The notes beneath the pieces were generated by a model. It searched no databases. It was not told the origin of the DNA and saw only the letters and a program-made list of their open reading frames with translations. Both the position numbers and the translations under genes were made by a program. Below are positions 19,302 to 29,249 of a stretch of 64,000 bases of DNA, piece by piece (position 1 is the stretch's first letter; each line of letters begins with the position of its first letter). Origin of the DNA: Acidobacteriota bacterium (GTDB lineage: Bacteria > Acidobacteriota > UBA890 > WLXD01); assembly GCA_029263335.1 (NCBI GenBank), contig JAJCXS010000113.1:17071-81070 (forward strand), read 5' to 3'.

Positions 19302-20251
19302 TCTGCCGCGATGCTCCCCATGGCTCGGAACTTGGAGTAGCGGCTGTCCACCAACCTCTCGGTCGGCACGCGACCCAGCTCATCGAGCTGGCGCGACAAC
19401 ACCGCCGCCAGGTTCGTTCCCATGGATAGCGGGTCCGTATGGGCACCACCTGCCGGCTCGGGAATGATCACATCCACGAGCCCCAAGTCGACCAGATCGG
19501 TGGCCGTAAGACGAAGCGCTTCCGCAGCCTCCTCGGTGTGATCAGCATCGCGCCACAAGATCGACGAGCAGGACTCGGGCGAGATGACCGAGTAGACGGA
19601 GTGCTCGAGCATGTTGACGCGGTCGCTCACCCCGATGGCCAGAGCACCTCCACTGCCGCCTTCGCCAATAACCGTCGCGATGATGGGCACCCGCAGGCTC
19701 GACATCTCGCGGAGACTCACGGCGATGGACTCGGCCACACCACGCTCCTCCGCTCCCGAACCGGGGTAGGCGCCGGGAGTGTCGATGAACGTCAAGATCG
19801 GCAGACCGAAACGTTCGGCCATGCGCATCACGCGCAGCGCTTTGCGATAGCCCTCGGGATTGGGCATGCCGAAATTACGGTGCAGCTTTTCCTTGGTGTT
19901 GCGCCCCTTCTGGTGCCCCACAATACCCACCGACTGACCACGAAATTCGGCGAGGCCAGCTACGATCGCTGGATCGTCCCGGTACAGGCGGTCGCCGCGA
20001 AGCTCGACGAAGTCGGTGAACAGCTGGCCGACATAGTCGAGCGTGTACGGTCGCTGAGGGTGGCGCGCCACCAGCGTGGTCTGCCAGCGCGACAGGTTGC
20101 CGTAGATGTCGCCGCGAGTGTCGGCGAGTTTCTTCTCCAGCCGCTCGAGCCGCACGTCTCGCTGCATCGACTCGGGATAGCGGCGAAGCTCCGCCATCTG
20201 TTCCTGGATCTCGCGAATGGGCTTCTCGAACTCTTCTGCTTTGCGGTACAT
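19298..20251 (-). CDS. accA: Acetyl-CoA carboxylase carboxyltransferase subunit alpha
   Basis: An internal Met was chosen. MYRKAEEFEKPIREIQEQM aligns residue-for-residue with the AccA N-terminus (…LDFEQPIAELEAKI…). The protein contains HPQRPYTLDY and GGSGGALA motifs. The 154 codons upstream are Arg/Gly-rich read-through. Confidence 0.9.
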   Translation of the reverse strand: MYRKAEEFEKPIREIQEQMAELRRYPESMQRDVRLERLEKKLADTRGDIYGNLSRWQTTLVARHPQRPYTLDYVGQLFTDFVELRGDRLYRDDPAIVAGLAEFRGQSVGIVGHQKGRNTKEKLHRNFGMPNPEGYRKALRVMRMAERFGLPILTFIDTPGAYPGSGAEERGVAESIAVSLREMSSLRVPIIATVIGEGGSGGALAIGVSDRVNMLEHSVYSVISPESCSSILWRDADHTEEAAEALRLTATDLVDLGLVDVIIPEPAGGAHTDPLSMGTNLAAVLSRQLDELGRVPTERLVDSRYSKFRAMGSIAAE

Positions 20252-20307
20252 GTTGCGAAGATTAGCACGCAGCGGCCGTGCTCTCTTGAGCCATTTGTCC
20301 GGCCGAG

Positions 20308-20850
20308 TCAGCGGGTTGCCGGGGGCGGACGAAAGAAGCGCATCACCATCCGCGCCGTCATGATTCCCAGGCGTCGAATCCCTGATACCTGGACCTGTGA
20401 TCGATGTGCCAGCGGGCGTTCGCCCGCTTCGGCGCGCCCCACCGCCTGGGCACTCAGATCCTCGAGCACGGCCTCGAAGACGGCGTTGGCCTCGTCGCTC
20501 CAGGCCCACCCGTCGGCCAACCGGCGCGCCACGGGGCACCATTCCGCTGTCATCCTGTGCGGCCAGTCTGGTGCCGGGTCGAGCGCCGAGGTCAGCTCCC
20601 CGTACAGCTCCAGCGTCCGCTCGAGTTCTGTCGCCAGGCTGCCCGCCAACGCCTTGGCTCGCTGCTCGTCGCCATCGAAAAGACCGTCGATCGCGGGCAT
20701 GCCGCGGCGCCATTCGTTGTAGCGTTGATGAATGCGGGCCCGGCGACGACGAAAGACACTCTCCTGGGCAGGGTCGAGATCCGGCACGGTCGGCAACCGA
20801 GACAGCTCGTCCTCGACAACCTCGATCAGCGCCGAGTCTGGAGCGGTCAT
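20308..20850 (-). CDS. Hypothetical protein (acidic, about 180 aa)
   Basis: The ORF is tightly packed between dnaE (stop 20860) and accA (start 20251). It has high GC3 codon usage and a protein-like acidic/helical composition (…LIEVVEDELSRLPTVPDLDPAQESVF…). No family was recognised. Confidence 0.45.
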   Translation of the reverse strand: MTAPDSALIEVVEDELSRLPTVPDLDPAQESVFRRRRARIHQRYNEWRRGMPAIDGLFDGDEQRAKALAGSLATELERTLELYGELTSALDPAPDWPHRMTAEWCPVARRLADGWAWSDEANAVFEAVLEDLSAQAVGRAEAGERPLAHRSQVQVSGIRRLGIMTARMVMRFFRPPPATR

Positions 20851-20859
20851 CGCGGGCCG

Positions 20860-23800
20860 CTACATTCGCAGCCGCACGGCATCCGCGCCGAGCAGTTGCT
20901 GCAGCTCTCCCACAAGGGCCTCGGACGGCTCGACGAACAGGTACCGATTGGGAGTAATCCGTGCCTTGAACGCCTTGGGGTCGTGGCCGACAACCTGAAC
21001 GATTACCGGAATGCTGCCCCGATGCCGTTCCAGCACGGCGCGCAACTCGGCCGGCAACGACGCCGTCATCGTTGCCAGGTCGAGGGCGATCTCCACGGTA
21101 TGCGCCGCCGGCTGTTCCACCTTCGGGGTCACCCCTCCCAGGAGTTCGATACTGCTGGCCAGAATGCTGGCGTCGTCGTCGCCCGAATCCTTACGCCCCT
21201 TCACCAGCAGCACGACGTCCTCCACCAGAAGGGACGCGCACTTCTGGTACACCTTGGGGAAGACGACCACCCGCGCCTGCCCTTCCATGTCTTCGAACTG
21301 CAGAATCGCCATGCGGTCGCCCTTGCGCGTCGTCATCTGACGCACCGACACCACGGTGCCGCCAAGGGCGAGTTCCTTGCGTGCCCGAGCGGATGCGATT
21401 CCCGTTGTCGTCGTGTCGGTGTGCTCGGCCAGCTGCTCGGCGTATCTCTGCAACGGGTGACCGCTGACGTAGAAACCCAACGAGTCCTTCTCGGCCGCCA
21501 ACATGTCGCGCTCCGACCAGGGTTCCGGTACCCGCGTGGGCGTCACCGTGGCAACTTCGTCATCACCTTCCATGCCATCCAACAGCGACCCCTGGCCGGT
21601 AACCCGATCGCGCTGCTTCTGCTGCCCCGCGTGCAGGGCACCCTCGAGTTGCGCATCGAGCAGGGCGCGCGTGGTGCGCGCATCGATCTCCGGATCGGCG
21701 ATCAGACTATCCATCGCCCCGGCCTTGATGAGGCTCTCGAGGGTCTTGCGGTTGATACCTCCGCTCAGGTCGATCTTCTCGCAGAACTGAACCAGGCCAC
21801 GGAACCTTCCCGCCCGATCACGCGCCGAGATGATGTTCTCGACCGCACCTTCGCCGACCCCCTTGATCGCGGCAAGGCCGAAGCGGATTGCCTCGCCAAC
21901 GGGCGTGAAGTGCACATCAGATTCGTTCACGTCCGGCGGCAGGACTCCGATCTCCATGCCGCGGCACTCGTTGATGTAGCGAACCACCTTGTCGGTGTTG
22001 CCTTCCTCGTTGGTGAGCACCGCTGCCATGAAGTGCACGGGATAGTTCGCCTTCAGAAAACCCGTCTGATAGGCCAGCAGCGCATACGCCGCGGAATGTG
22101 ACTTGTTGAAGCCGTAGCCGGCGAACTCGACGATCAGGTCCCATATCCGCTTCGCCGGGCGGGCCGGAATCGCCTTGCTCTCGCAACCTCCCAGGAACTG
22201 TTTCTCCATGGAGGCCATCACTTCCGGCTTCTTCTTGCCCATCGCCTTGCGGAGAATATCGGCCTCGCCGAGCGAAAAGCCCGCCAGGGACGCAGCGATC
22301 CGCATCACCTGTTCCTGGTACACGATCACGCCGTAGGTCTCCTCCAGAACCTCCTCGAGCTCGGGGAGCGCGTACTCCACCTGACTGGGATCGTGTTTAC
22401 GCTGGATGTACTCGTCGATCATCCCCGACCCAATCGGTCCGGGACGGTACAGCGCGTTCATGGCGATCAAGTCGTTGAGCTGACTCGGCTTCAGCTTCTT
22501 GAGGTACTCGCGCATGCCCGACGATTCGAACTGGAAGATACCGGACGTGTTGCCCTTGGCGAACAACCGATAGGTCTTCTTGTTGTCGAGTGGAATGTCG
22601 GCGACCGTGAAGGGCTCCCCCTTCTCGCGCGAAATCGAGGACAGCGCGTCGTGCACCAGGGTCAACGTGCGCAGCCCGAGAAAATCCATCTTCAGCAGAC
22701 CGATCGCCTCCACGTCGTTCATGGGGAACTGCGTGGTCGCGAGCTGGACGGCGTTGTCCTTGCCGCCGGGTGCCTTGTACAACGGCACGTACTCGGTCAG
22801 CGGCTCATCAGCGATCACCACGCCTGCGGCATGCGTGGAAGCGTGCCGCACCTGGCCTTCCAGCCCCTCCGCCAAGCCAACGAGCTTGGCCACCGCTTCC
22901 TCTTCCTCGATCGCCTGGCGCAGGTCCTCGTTGCTGGCACGGGCATCGGCGATCGTGGCACCGAGATCCGGGGGAATCATCTTGGCGATGCGATCGACAT
23001 CGCCGAAGGACATCTCGAGGGCGCGCCCCACATCGCGAATAGCGGCCTTCGCCGCCATGGTTCCGAACGTGATGATGTGGGCGACCTTGTCATGACCGTA
23101 CTTGCGCGCCACGTAGTCGATGACCTCGCTGCGCCGACGCATACAGAAGTCGATGTCGATATCGGGCATGCTCACGCGCTCGACGTTCAGGAAACGCTCG
23201 AACACGAGTCCGTAGTGCATCGGGTCGATGTCGGTGATGCCAAGCGCATAGGCGACCAGTGAGCCTGCCGCACTGCCGCGCCCCGGCCCCACGGGGATGC
23301 CCTGTTCCTTGGCGTAGCGTATGAAGTCCCAGACGATCAAGAAGTAGCCTGGGAAGCCCATCTTGCGGATGATCTCCACCTCGTAGGCCAGGCGCTGCTC
23401 GTAATCCGCAGGAGCCGGCCCCGAGCCGTTGCCGAACCCCAGCTCCCGCATGCGCTCGTCAAATCCGACCCTCACCATCTGCTGGAAGTAGTCGTCCAGA
23501 CCGAGGCCCTCCGGGACCGGGAATCGCGGCAGGTGGTGGCCCTCGAACTCGAGTTCGAGAGAACAGCGCTGCGCGATCTCGACGCTCTGGCTGACTGCCT
23601 CGGGCACTTCGCGGAACACCCGCGCCATCTCGTCAGGCGTCTTCAGGTAGAACTCGTTGTTGGGGAACTTCATGCGCCCCGGCTCGTTGATCCCCTTACC
23701 GGTCTGGATGCACAACAGAACATCGTGCGGATCGCTGTCTTCCTGCCGCAGGTAGTGACAGTCGTTCGAGCCCACCAGCGACAGATCGAACTCGCGCGCG

Positions 23801-24399
23801 AGCCGGACCAGGTCCGGATTGATACGGCGCTGCTCGGCGAGGCCTTGGTCCTGCAGTTCCACGTAGTAGTTGTCGCGTCCAAAGATGGCGATCATCTCGC
23901 CGATCACCCGCCGGGCCCCGTCCATGTCGCCGTTCAGCAGACACTGCGACACCTCTCCCGACAGACAACTGGTGGTCGCAATCAGCCCATCGCTGTGCTC
24001 GGCGAGCACATCGCGGTCGATCCGCGGCCGGTAGTAGAACCCCTCCAGATAACCGATGCTCGACAGCTTGAGCAGGTTCTTGTAGCCCTGCTTGTTTTTC
24101 GCCAGCAGCAGCAGGTGGCTGGCGTAGTCGCCCCGGGGCCCCGTTGCCTTGCTACCGCGAGCGCCGGGGGCGAGGTACGCCTCCATCCCGAGGATGGGCT
24201 TGATGCCCCGTTCCCGCGCCGCACGGTAGAACTGGATCGCACCGAACATGTTCCCGTGATCGGTGAGCGCGACGGAATCCATGCCCAATTCGACGCACCG
24301 GTCCATGAGCTGGTTGATTCGTGTCGCTCCATCCAGCAACGAGAAGTTCGTGTGATTGTGCAGATGGACGAAGCGATTCCCGGAGGCGTGTGAACTCAT
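20860..24399 (-). CDS. dnaE: DNA polymerase III subunit alpha
   Basis: 1179 aa with a PHP domain (VHLHNHTNFSLLDGA), the polymerase core and an OB fold. Confidence 0.95.
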   Translation of the reverse strand: MSSHASGNRFVHLHNHTNFSLLDGATRINQLMDRCVELGMDSVALTDHGNMFGAIQFYRAARERGIKPILGMEAYLAPGARGSKATGPRGDYASHLLLLAKNKQGYKNLLKLSSIGYLEGFYYRPRIDRDVLAEHSDGLIATTSCLSGEVSQCLLNGDMDGARRVIGEMIAIFGRDNYYVELQDQGLAEQRRINPDLVRLAREFDLSLVGSNDCHYLRQEDSDPHDVLLCIQTGKGINEPGRMKFPNNEFYLKTPDEMARVFREVPEAVSQSVEIAQRCSLELEFEGHHLPRFPVPEGLGLDDYFQQMVRVGFDERMRELGFGNGSGPAPADYEQRLAYEVEIIRKMGFPGYFLIVWDFIRYAKEQGIPVGPGRGSAAGSLVAYALGITDIDPMHYGLVFERFLNVERVSMPDIDIDFCMRRRSEVIDYVARKYGHDKVAHIITFGTMAAKAAIRDVGRALEMSFGDVDRIAKMIPPDLGATIADARASNEDLRQAIEEEEAVAKLVGLAEGLEGQVRHASTHAAGVVIADEPLTEYVPLYKAPGGKDNAVQLATTQFPMNDVEAIGLLKMDFLGLRTLTLVHDALSSISREKGEPFTVADIPLDNKKTYRLFAKGNTSGIFQFESSGMREYLKKLKPSQLNDLIAMNALYRPGPIGSGMIDEYIQRKHDPSQVEYALPELEEVLEETYGVIVYQEQVMRIAASLAGFSLGEADILRKAMGKKKPEVMASMEKQFLGGCESKAIPARPAKRIWDLIVEFAGYGFNKSHSAAYALLAYQTGFLKANYPVHFMAAVLTNEEGNTDKVVRYINECRGMEIGVLPPDVNESDVHFTPVGEAIRFGLAAIKGVGEGAVENIISARDRAGRFRGLVQFCEKIDLSGGINRKTLESLIKAGAMDSLIADPEIDARTTRALLDAQLEGALHAGQQKQRDRVTGQGSLLDGMEGDDEVATVTPTRVPEPWSERDMLAAEKDSLGFYVSGHPLQRYAEQLAEHTDTTTTGIASARARKELALGGTVVSVRQMTTRKGDRMAILQFEDMEGQARVVVFPKVYQKCASLLVEDVVLLVKGRKDSGDDDASILASSIELLGGVTPKVEQPAAHTVEIALDLATMTASLPAELRAVLERHRGSIPVIVQVVGHDPKAFKARITPNRYLFVEPSEALVGELQQLLGADAVRLRM

Positions 24400-24515
24400 G
24401 ATTGCTGCACTATAGCTTCCCCGGCCGGGGCCGTCGTCGCGGCCAACAACACGACGCCCTGCGGCAACCTGGGGCTACGCCAGGGGCGACTGCCCGCTGC
24501 CCGTGAAGCGCGCAA

Positions 24516-26987
24516 CTACATCAATGAGTCCGGGACGATATCCACGATCAGGTCCGACGGTCGGTGGCCCGCGGCCCGCAACCGGTCCAGGGCAGCGCTG
24601 ATCAGGACTGGGAGCTGTTCGCGAGTGCGAACTTTGACCAGGACATGCAGTCTGAACTTGCCCCGCAGACGCCCTATCGGCGGCGACGCCGGTCCCAATA
24701 TACGTGCCTCGTCGCCGGCGACTGCCCTCAAGGCCGCCGCCAACCGGTCGGCCTCCTCCTTCACCTGCGTCGCCACCTTGCCCCGGCATAGACAAACGGC
24801 CAGTGCGCTGAACGGCGGGTACGCGAGCCGACGACGAAACTCTATCTCCCGGTTATAGAACCCCTCGAAGTCGTGTCGCAGGGCAGACTCGATGGCGTAG
24901 TGGTCGGGCTGGTGGGCCTGCAGAATCACCTCCCCGGCGAGTTCGCCACGGCCGGCGCGACCCGCGACCTGAGTCAGCAGCTGAAAGGTACGTTCTGCCG
25001 CCCGGAAGTCCGGCACGCCCAGCGAGGCATCTGCTCCCACCACGCCCACCAACGTGACCGCGGCAAAGTCGTGCCCCTTGGCCAGCATCTGGGTGCCGAC
25101 GAGCACGTCGATCTCGCCTCGGCCGAACTTCGACAGGATCCGGGCGTGCGCTCCGCGGCGCTGTGTCTGATCGGCGTCGAATCGTTCGATCCGCGCGCCC
25201 GGAAACCGTTTGAGCAGTGCCTCCTGCAAACGCTGGGTGCCATGGCCGATATCGTGAAGGGCCGTCGCGCCGCACTGGCGGCAGATGGTCGGCACCGCTT
25301 CGCGATGGTCGCAGTAGTGACATACAAGGGAAGCGGCCTGGCGGTGATACGTCAGACTCACGGCACAATTGGGACACTCGCCGCGGTCACCACAAGAGCG
25401 GCACACGATGGCGCTGGCGAAGCCTCTTCGATTGAGCATCACCAGCGCTTGCTCGCTGCGCTCCAGTCGCGTGGCCAGCGCCGACTCGAGTCGCCGCGAA
25501 ACGAGCGACCGTCCACTGGAGCGCCACTCGTCGCGCATGTCGACCAGCTCGGTAGCAGGAAGTGGCCGCTTGCCCACCCGATCGGGCATCCGAGCCAGCG
25601 CCCAGTCGCCACCCTGGCCCGACGCGAAGCTCTCCACCGCTGGGGTCGCCGATCCCATCACGATGGCCGCTTCTTCCAGTGCGGCCCGCCACAGGGCGAC
25701 CTCGCGTCCGTGATACCGGGGACGCTCCGCCTGCTTGTAGGCGGAATCCTGTTCTTCATCCAAAACGATCAGCCCGACGTTCTCGATGGGACTGAAGACC
25801 GCCGAACGCGGCCCCACAACGACGCGAGCGCGGCCCGAACGCAGACGCCACCAGGCCCGCGCCCGAGTCCCGGCCGCCATGCGCGAGTGAACGACCACCA
25901 CTTGCTCTCCCAGCACCGCGCGGGCCCGCTGTTCCAGCTGGGGCGTCAGGCCGATCTCGGGGACCAGCAGCAGCACGCCGCGGCCCATACGCACGGCCTC
26001 CGCCGCCGCCCGCAGGTACACCTCCGTCTTGCCGCTACCCGTGACGCCGTGCAATAGAACCGGCGTTGAGGCCGTCGGCTTCAGGCGTGTCATGAGCATG
26101 TCGACCGCCACCCGCTGGGCTGAGGTCAAGCAGAAGGAACCCGCCCCATCGTCGGGAAGCACCACCGCCGGCGAGTCGTCCATGCTCAGCGACAGCCGCT
26201 CGATAATGCCTTTGGCAGCGAGACCCGTGGCCACTGCCCGTGTCAGATCCAACTGCTCGAGCAGGTCTTTCTCCAACCTCCGCTCCCTGGCGAACTCGGC
26301 CAGGCCCACAAGCGCCGCGGCCTGCTTGGGGGCACGCGCGGTCAGCAGTTGCGCCTGCTCCACCGTGCAGTCCTTGTTCCAACGCAGGTACACCCGTCGC
26401 GCTCCCGGCGCGCCCCCGCCACTCTCCAGCTGTAGCTCGACCGCCCCCGCCGCTTCGAGCGCGAAGAGACTGGCGTGCACCGCGTGGCCAGGACACCGCG
26501 TTTCCAGGAACCTGGCCTCGACCCACGCGTCGGCTCCGCGCGTCTGCAAGGCGCTGACCACCGGGGCGCAGCCGTCCGGCACCTCCCCCTGCGGCAGCAG
26601 ACGAACCCTTCGTGCTCCCACCTGGTCCCCACCCGGCGGAAGACACAGCGCGAGGACCTCGCCGATGCCCACCAGATACGAAGCCGCGACGCGCTCGGCC
26701 AATGCCAGCACCATCGGCGGCACCACGGGATGGCGGTCGAGGAGGTCCTCGATGGCCCGTATGCGGCGTGGATCCAACTCCGCCGGCACCTCATCGACGA
26801 TACGGACCACCACACCGGTCATGCGGCGGCCGGCGAAACGAACACGAACGCGCGCACCGACGGACACGAGCTGCTCGAACTCTGGCGGGACACTGTACGT
26901 GTACCCCTCGAGCACGGGGGCGGCAACCGCCACGATCGCGTGCCGCCCCGTCGCCGGATACAGCGAGGGTTGCTCGTTCACAGCCAC
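24516..26987 (-). CDS. priA: Primosomal protein N' (replication restart helicase PriA)
   Basis: 823 aa with a Walker A motif (GVTGSGKTEVY), a Cys-rich zinc-binding insert (CRSCGDRGECPNCAVSLTYHRQAASLVCHYCDH) and a helicase C-terminal domain. Confidence 0.9.
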   Translation of the reverse strand: MAVNEQPSLYPATGRHAIVAVAAPVLEGYTYSVPPEFEQLVSVGARVRVRFAGRRMTGVVVRIVDEVPAELDPRRIRAIEDLLDRHPVVPPMVLALAERVAASYLVGIGEVLALCLPPGGDQVGARRVRLLPQGEVPDGCAPVVSALQTRGADAWVEARFLETRCPGHAVHASLFALEAAGAVELQLESGGGAPGARRVYLRWNKDCTVEQAQLLTARAPKQAAALVGLAEFARERRLEKDLLEQLDLTRAVATGLAAKGIIERLSLSMDDSPAVVLPDDGAGSFCLTSAQRVAVDMLMTRLKPTASTPVLLHGVTGSGKTEVYLRAAAEAVRMGRGVLLLVPEIGLTPQLEQRARAVLGEQVVVVHSRMAAGTRARAWWRLRSGRARVVVGPRSAVFSPIENVGLIVLDEEQDSAYKQAERPRYHGREVALWRAALEEAAIVMGSATPAVESFASGQGGDWALARMPDRVGKRPLPATELVDMRDEWRSSGRSLVSRRLESALATRLERSEQALVMLNRRGFASAIVCRSCGDRGECPNCAVSLTYHRQAASLVCHYCDHREAVPTICRQCGATALHDIGHGTQRLQEALLKRFPGARIERFDADQTQRRGAHARILSKFGRGEIDVLVGTQMLAKGHDFAAVTLVGVVGADASLGVPDFRAAERTFQLLTQVAGRAGRGELAGEVILQAHQPDHYAIESALRHDFEGFYNREIEFRRRLAYPPFSALAVCLCRGKVATQVKEEADRLAAALRAVAGDEARILGPASPPIGRLRGKFRLHVLVKVRTREQLPVLISAALDRLRAAGHRPSDLIVDIVPDSLM

Positions 26988-27018
26988 CTCTCAGGCAGTC
27001 CTGGCCCGTCTCCCACCC

Positions 27019-27738
27019 TCAGGGACCTTCGAGGCCGAGGTGCTCCATCACGGCCTGCATGTCGCTCCAGGTCTTGCCCTTGTCTGCCGGAGTCCGCAGC
27101 AGGTATGCGGGGTGGTAGGTGCAGGCCACCGGGATCCCGTTCCAATCGTGGAAACGGCCGCGCATGCGGCCCAGCGGAGCATCGGTTCCGAGCACGGCCT
27201 GCATGGCGACGCGACCGAGTACGACAATCACCTCGGGGGCCACGAGGCTTACCTGATCGAGCAGATAGGATCGACAGGCGGCGAGTTCTTCGGGTTCGGG
27301 ATTGCGATTGCGCGGCGGCCGGCATTTGACCGTGTTGGCGATGTAGACATCCTCTCGGCGCAGGCCCATGGCCGCGAGGATCTTGTTGAGCAACTGCCCC
27401 GCCGCGCCCACGAATGGCTCGCCCTGGAGATCCTCATCACGCCCCGGGCCCTCGCCGATCAACATGAGCCTCGCGGCGGGATCGCCGACCCCGAACACCA
27501 CCTTGGTGCGGGTCTCGCAGAGTTCGCAGCGCGTGCACGCCTCGCTGTCGCGTGCCAGGTCCTCCAACGTACGAGCTGCCTCCGCGCCCTCGGGCGCGGG
27601 CGCGGGCGCGGAACTGCCCCCAGCCGTTTCGCGGTGTGGCGGCTCCATCGGCGCCCGCCGGATAGCCGCGAGGCCTTCCGTCTGCAGCCGCCGCAGGTGA
27701 TCAATCGCCTGCCGGCCGATCTCTGCCTCGTCGGTCAC
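27019..27738 (-). CDS. Uracil-DNA glycosylase, family 4 (Fe-S cluster type)
   Basis: 239 aa with the CTRCELCETR Fe-S motif, GEGPG, and the PFVGAAGQLLNK…HPAYLLR motifs typical of family-4 UDG. Confidence 0.85.
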   Translation of the reverse strand: MTDEAEIGRQAIDHLRRLQTEGLAAIRRAPMEPPHRETAGGSSAPAPAPEGAEAARTLEDLARDSEACTRCELCETRTKVVFGVGDPAARLMLIGEGPGRDEDLQGEPFVGAAGQLLNKILAAMGLRREDVYIANTVKCRPPRNRNPEPEELAACRSYLLDQVSLVAPEVIVVLGRVAMQAVLGTDAPLGRMRGRFHDWNGIPVACTYHPAYLLRTPADKGKTWSDMQAVMEHLGLEGP

Positions 27739-28964
27739 GAGTTCATCCGCTCCCGATAGCGGCCAATCGCACCCCAGATACGGGTGGCGACCTCCGGCTT
27801 CGGCAGACGCTCTATGCGTTCCTCGCCGCCCTGGCGATCGAGGATCACGACCTCGTTATCGAAACCGCCCATGCCGACCTCGGCTCCCTGAACTCGGTTG
27901 CCGACCATCATGTCGCAGTTCTTTCCTGCCATCTTCTCGGCTGTGCGTTCGCGCACGTCTGAACTTTCTGCCGCGAATCCCACCAGGAACGGCCTGGGGT
28001 CGCTCTTCCCGAGAGTGGCGAGGATGTCGGTTGTCCGCACCATGGCAACGTCAAGGCAGCTCCGATCACCCTTCTTCAGTTTTTCGTCGACGGGATCCAG
28101 CGGCGTGAAGTCACAGACTGCGGCGCACAGGATCGCCACGTCGCTCTCGTTCGCAGCCGACAGCACCTCGCGTTGCATGTCAGCCGCCGATTGAACCGAT
28201 CGGAGCTCCACCCCGGCCGGCGCGGCCAGCCGACTCGGGCCGGCCACGAGAGTAACCCTGCCGCCGCGCAGCACTGCTTCCCGCGCGAGTTCGAACCCCA
28301 TGCGGCCGCTCGACCGATTGGTGAACCCACGTACCGGATCCAACGCTTCGTAGGTCGGCCCCGCCGTGATCAGTACACGCTGGCCATCCAGGTCCTTGTT
28401 GATTACGCCGTGGCGCAGCGTGCGCAGCGCCGCGGCCACGATCTCATCGGGCTCGCTCATTCTGCCGGGACCCGTGCGACCCGAAGCCAGCGAACCAGTC
28501 GCCGGCCCCACCGTGGCCACATCGTCCTGCTCGAGCGTGGCGAGGTTTCGCTGCACCGCCGCATGGCGGTACATGTCGTCCTCCATCGCCGGCGCCACCA
28601 ACGTCGGGGCGGCGTTGGCGAGATACAGCGTAGAGGGAAAGTCGTCGGCCACGCCGTGCGCCATCTTGGCAATAAAATCCGCGGTCGCCGGCGCGACGCA
28701 GACCAGCTCCGCCCATTCCGCCCAGCGCACGTGCGGGATGTCCTCGGGGCGCTCGCCCGCGAACAACGACGTCATGACGCTCTGCCCTGACAGGGCTGCG
28801 AAGGTCAACGGCGTAACGAAGCGAGTCGCCGCCGCGGTCATGGCGACGCGCACGATGACACGGTGGTCGCGCAGGCGCCGAACGACCTCGCACGCCTTGT
28901 AGGCAGCGATACCGCCGGTCACCACCAGGACGACCCGCTTCCCTTCAAGCGAGGCCGAACTCAC
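27735..28964 (-). CDS. coaBC: Bifunctional phosphopantothenoylcysteine decarboxylase / phosphopantothenate-cysteine ligase
   Basis: Flavoprotein domain (KRVVLVVTGGIAAYK) and a DFP ligase domain. The start was moved to an in-frame GTG (…VSSASLEGKRVVLVV) because the TTG/ATG-initiated ORF would overlap rpoZ by 26-38 nt. The boundary is uncertain. Confidence 0.85.
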   Translation of the reverse strand: MSSASLEGKRVVLVVTGGIAAYKACEVVRRLRDHRVIVRVAMTAAATRFVTPLTFAALSGQSVMTSLFAGERPEDIPHVRWAEWAELVCVAPATADFIAKMAHGVADDFPSTLYLANAAPTLVAPAMEDDMYRHAAVQRNLATLEQDDVATVGPATGSLASGRTGPGRMSEPDEIVAAALRTLRHGVINKDLDGQRVLITAGPTYEALDPVRGFTNRSSGRMGFELAREAVLRGGRVTLVAGPSRLAAPAGVELRSVQSAADMQREVLSAANESDVAILCAAVCDFTPLDPVDEKLKKGDRSCLDVAMVRTTDILATLGKSDPRPFLVGFAAESSDVRERTAEKMAGKNCDMMVGNRVQGAEVGMGGFDNEVVILDRQGGEERIERLPKPEVATRIWGAIGRYRERMNS

Positions 28965-28989
28965 GACGGTGTCATCCTGAGAAGTGACG

Positions 28990-29235
28990 TCACTCCTCTT
29001 CTTCACCGCCCTCATCGTCCGCGTCAACTATCGCGGCCGCTACGAGGTCGTCCTCGCCTTCTCCGCGGATGCGCCACGGGATAAGACCTTGCTCCACCTC
29101 GTTGATCGCCAGCGTGCTGTACTTGCGGGCGTCGGACTCGATCTTCGGGCGCGCGCCGCGCATCAGCTGCATGCAGCGCTGGGCGGCGACCTCCACGAAG
29201 AGGAACTCGCTCACGGGCTTGGATGGCTTGGTCAC
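28990..29235 (-). CDS. rpoZ: DNA-directed RNA polymerase subunit omega
   Basis: 81 aa with the RpoZ core (…AAQRCMQLMRGARPKIE…KYSTLAINEVEQGLIPW) and an acidic tail. It lies between gmk and coaBC, as is conserved. Confidence 0.85.
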   Translation of the reverse strand: MTKPSKPVSEFLFVEVAAQRCMQLMRGARPKIESDARKYSTLAINEVEQGLIPWRIRGEGEDDLVAAAIVDADDEGGEEEE

Positions 29236-29249
29236 GTGCTGTTCTCCTG

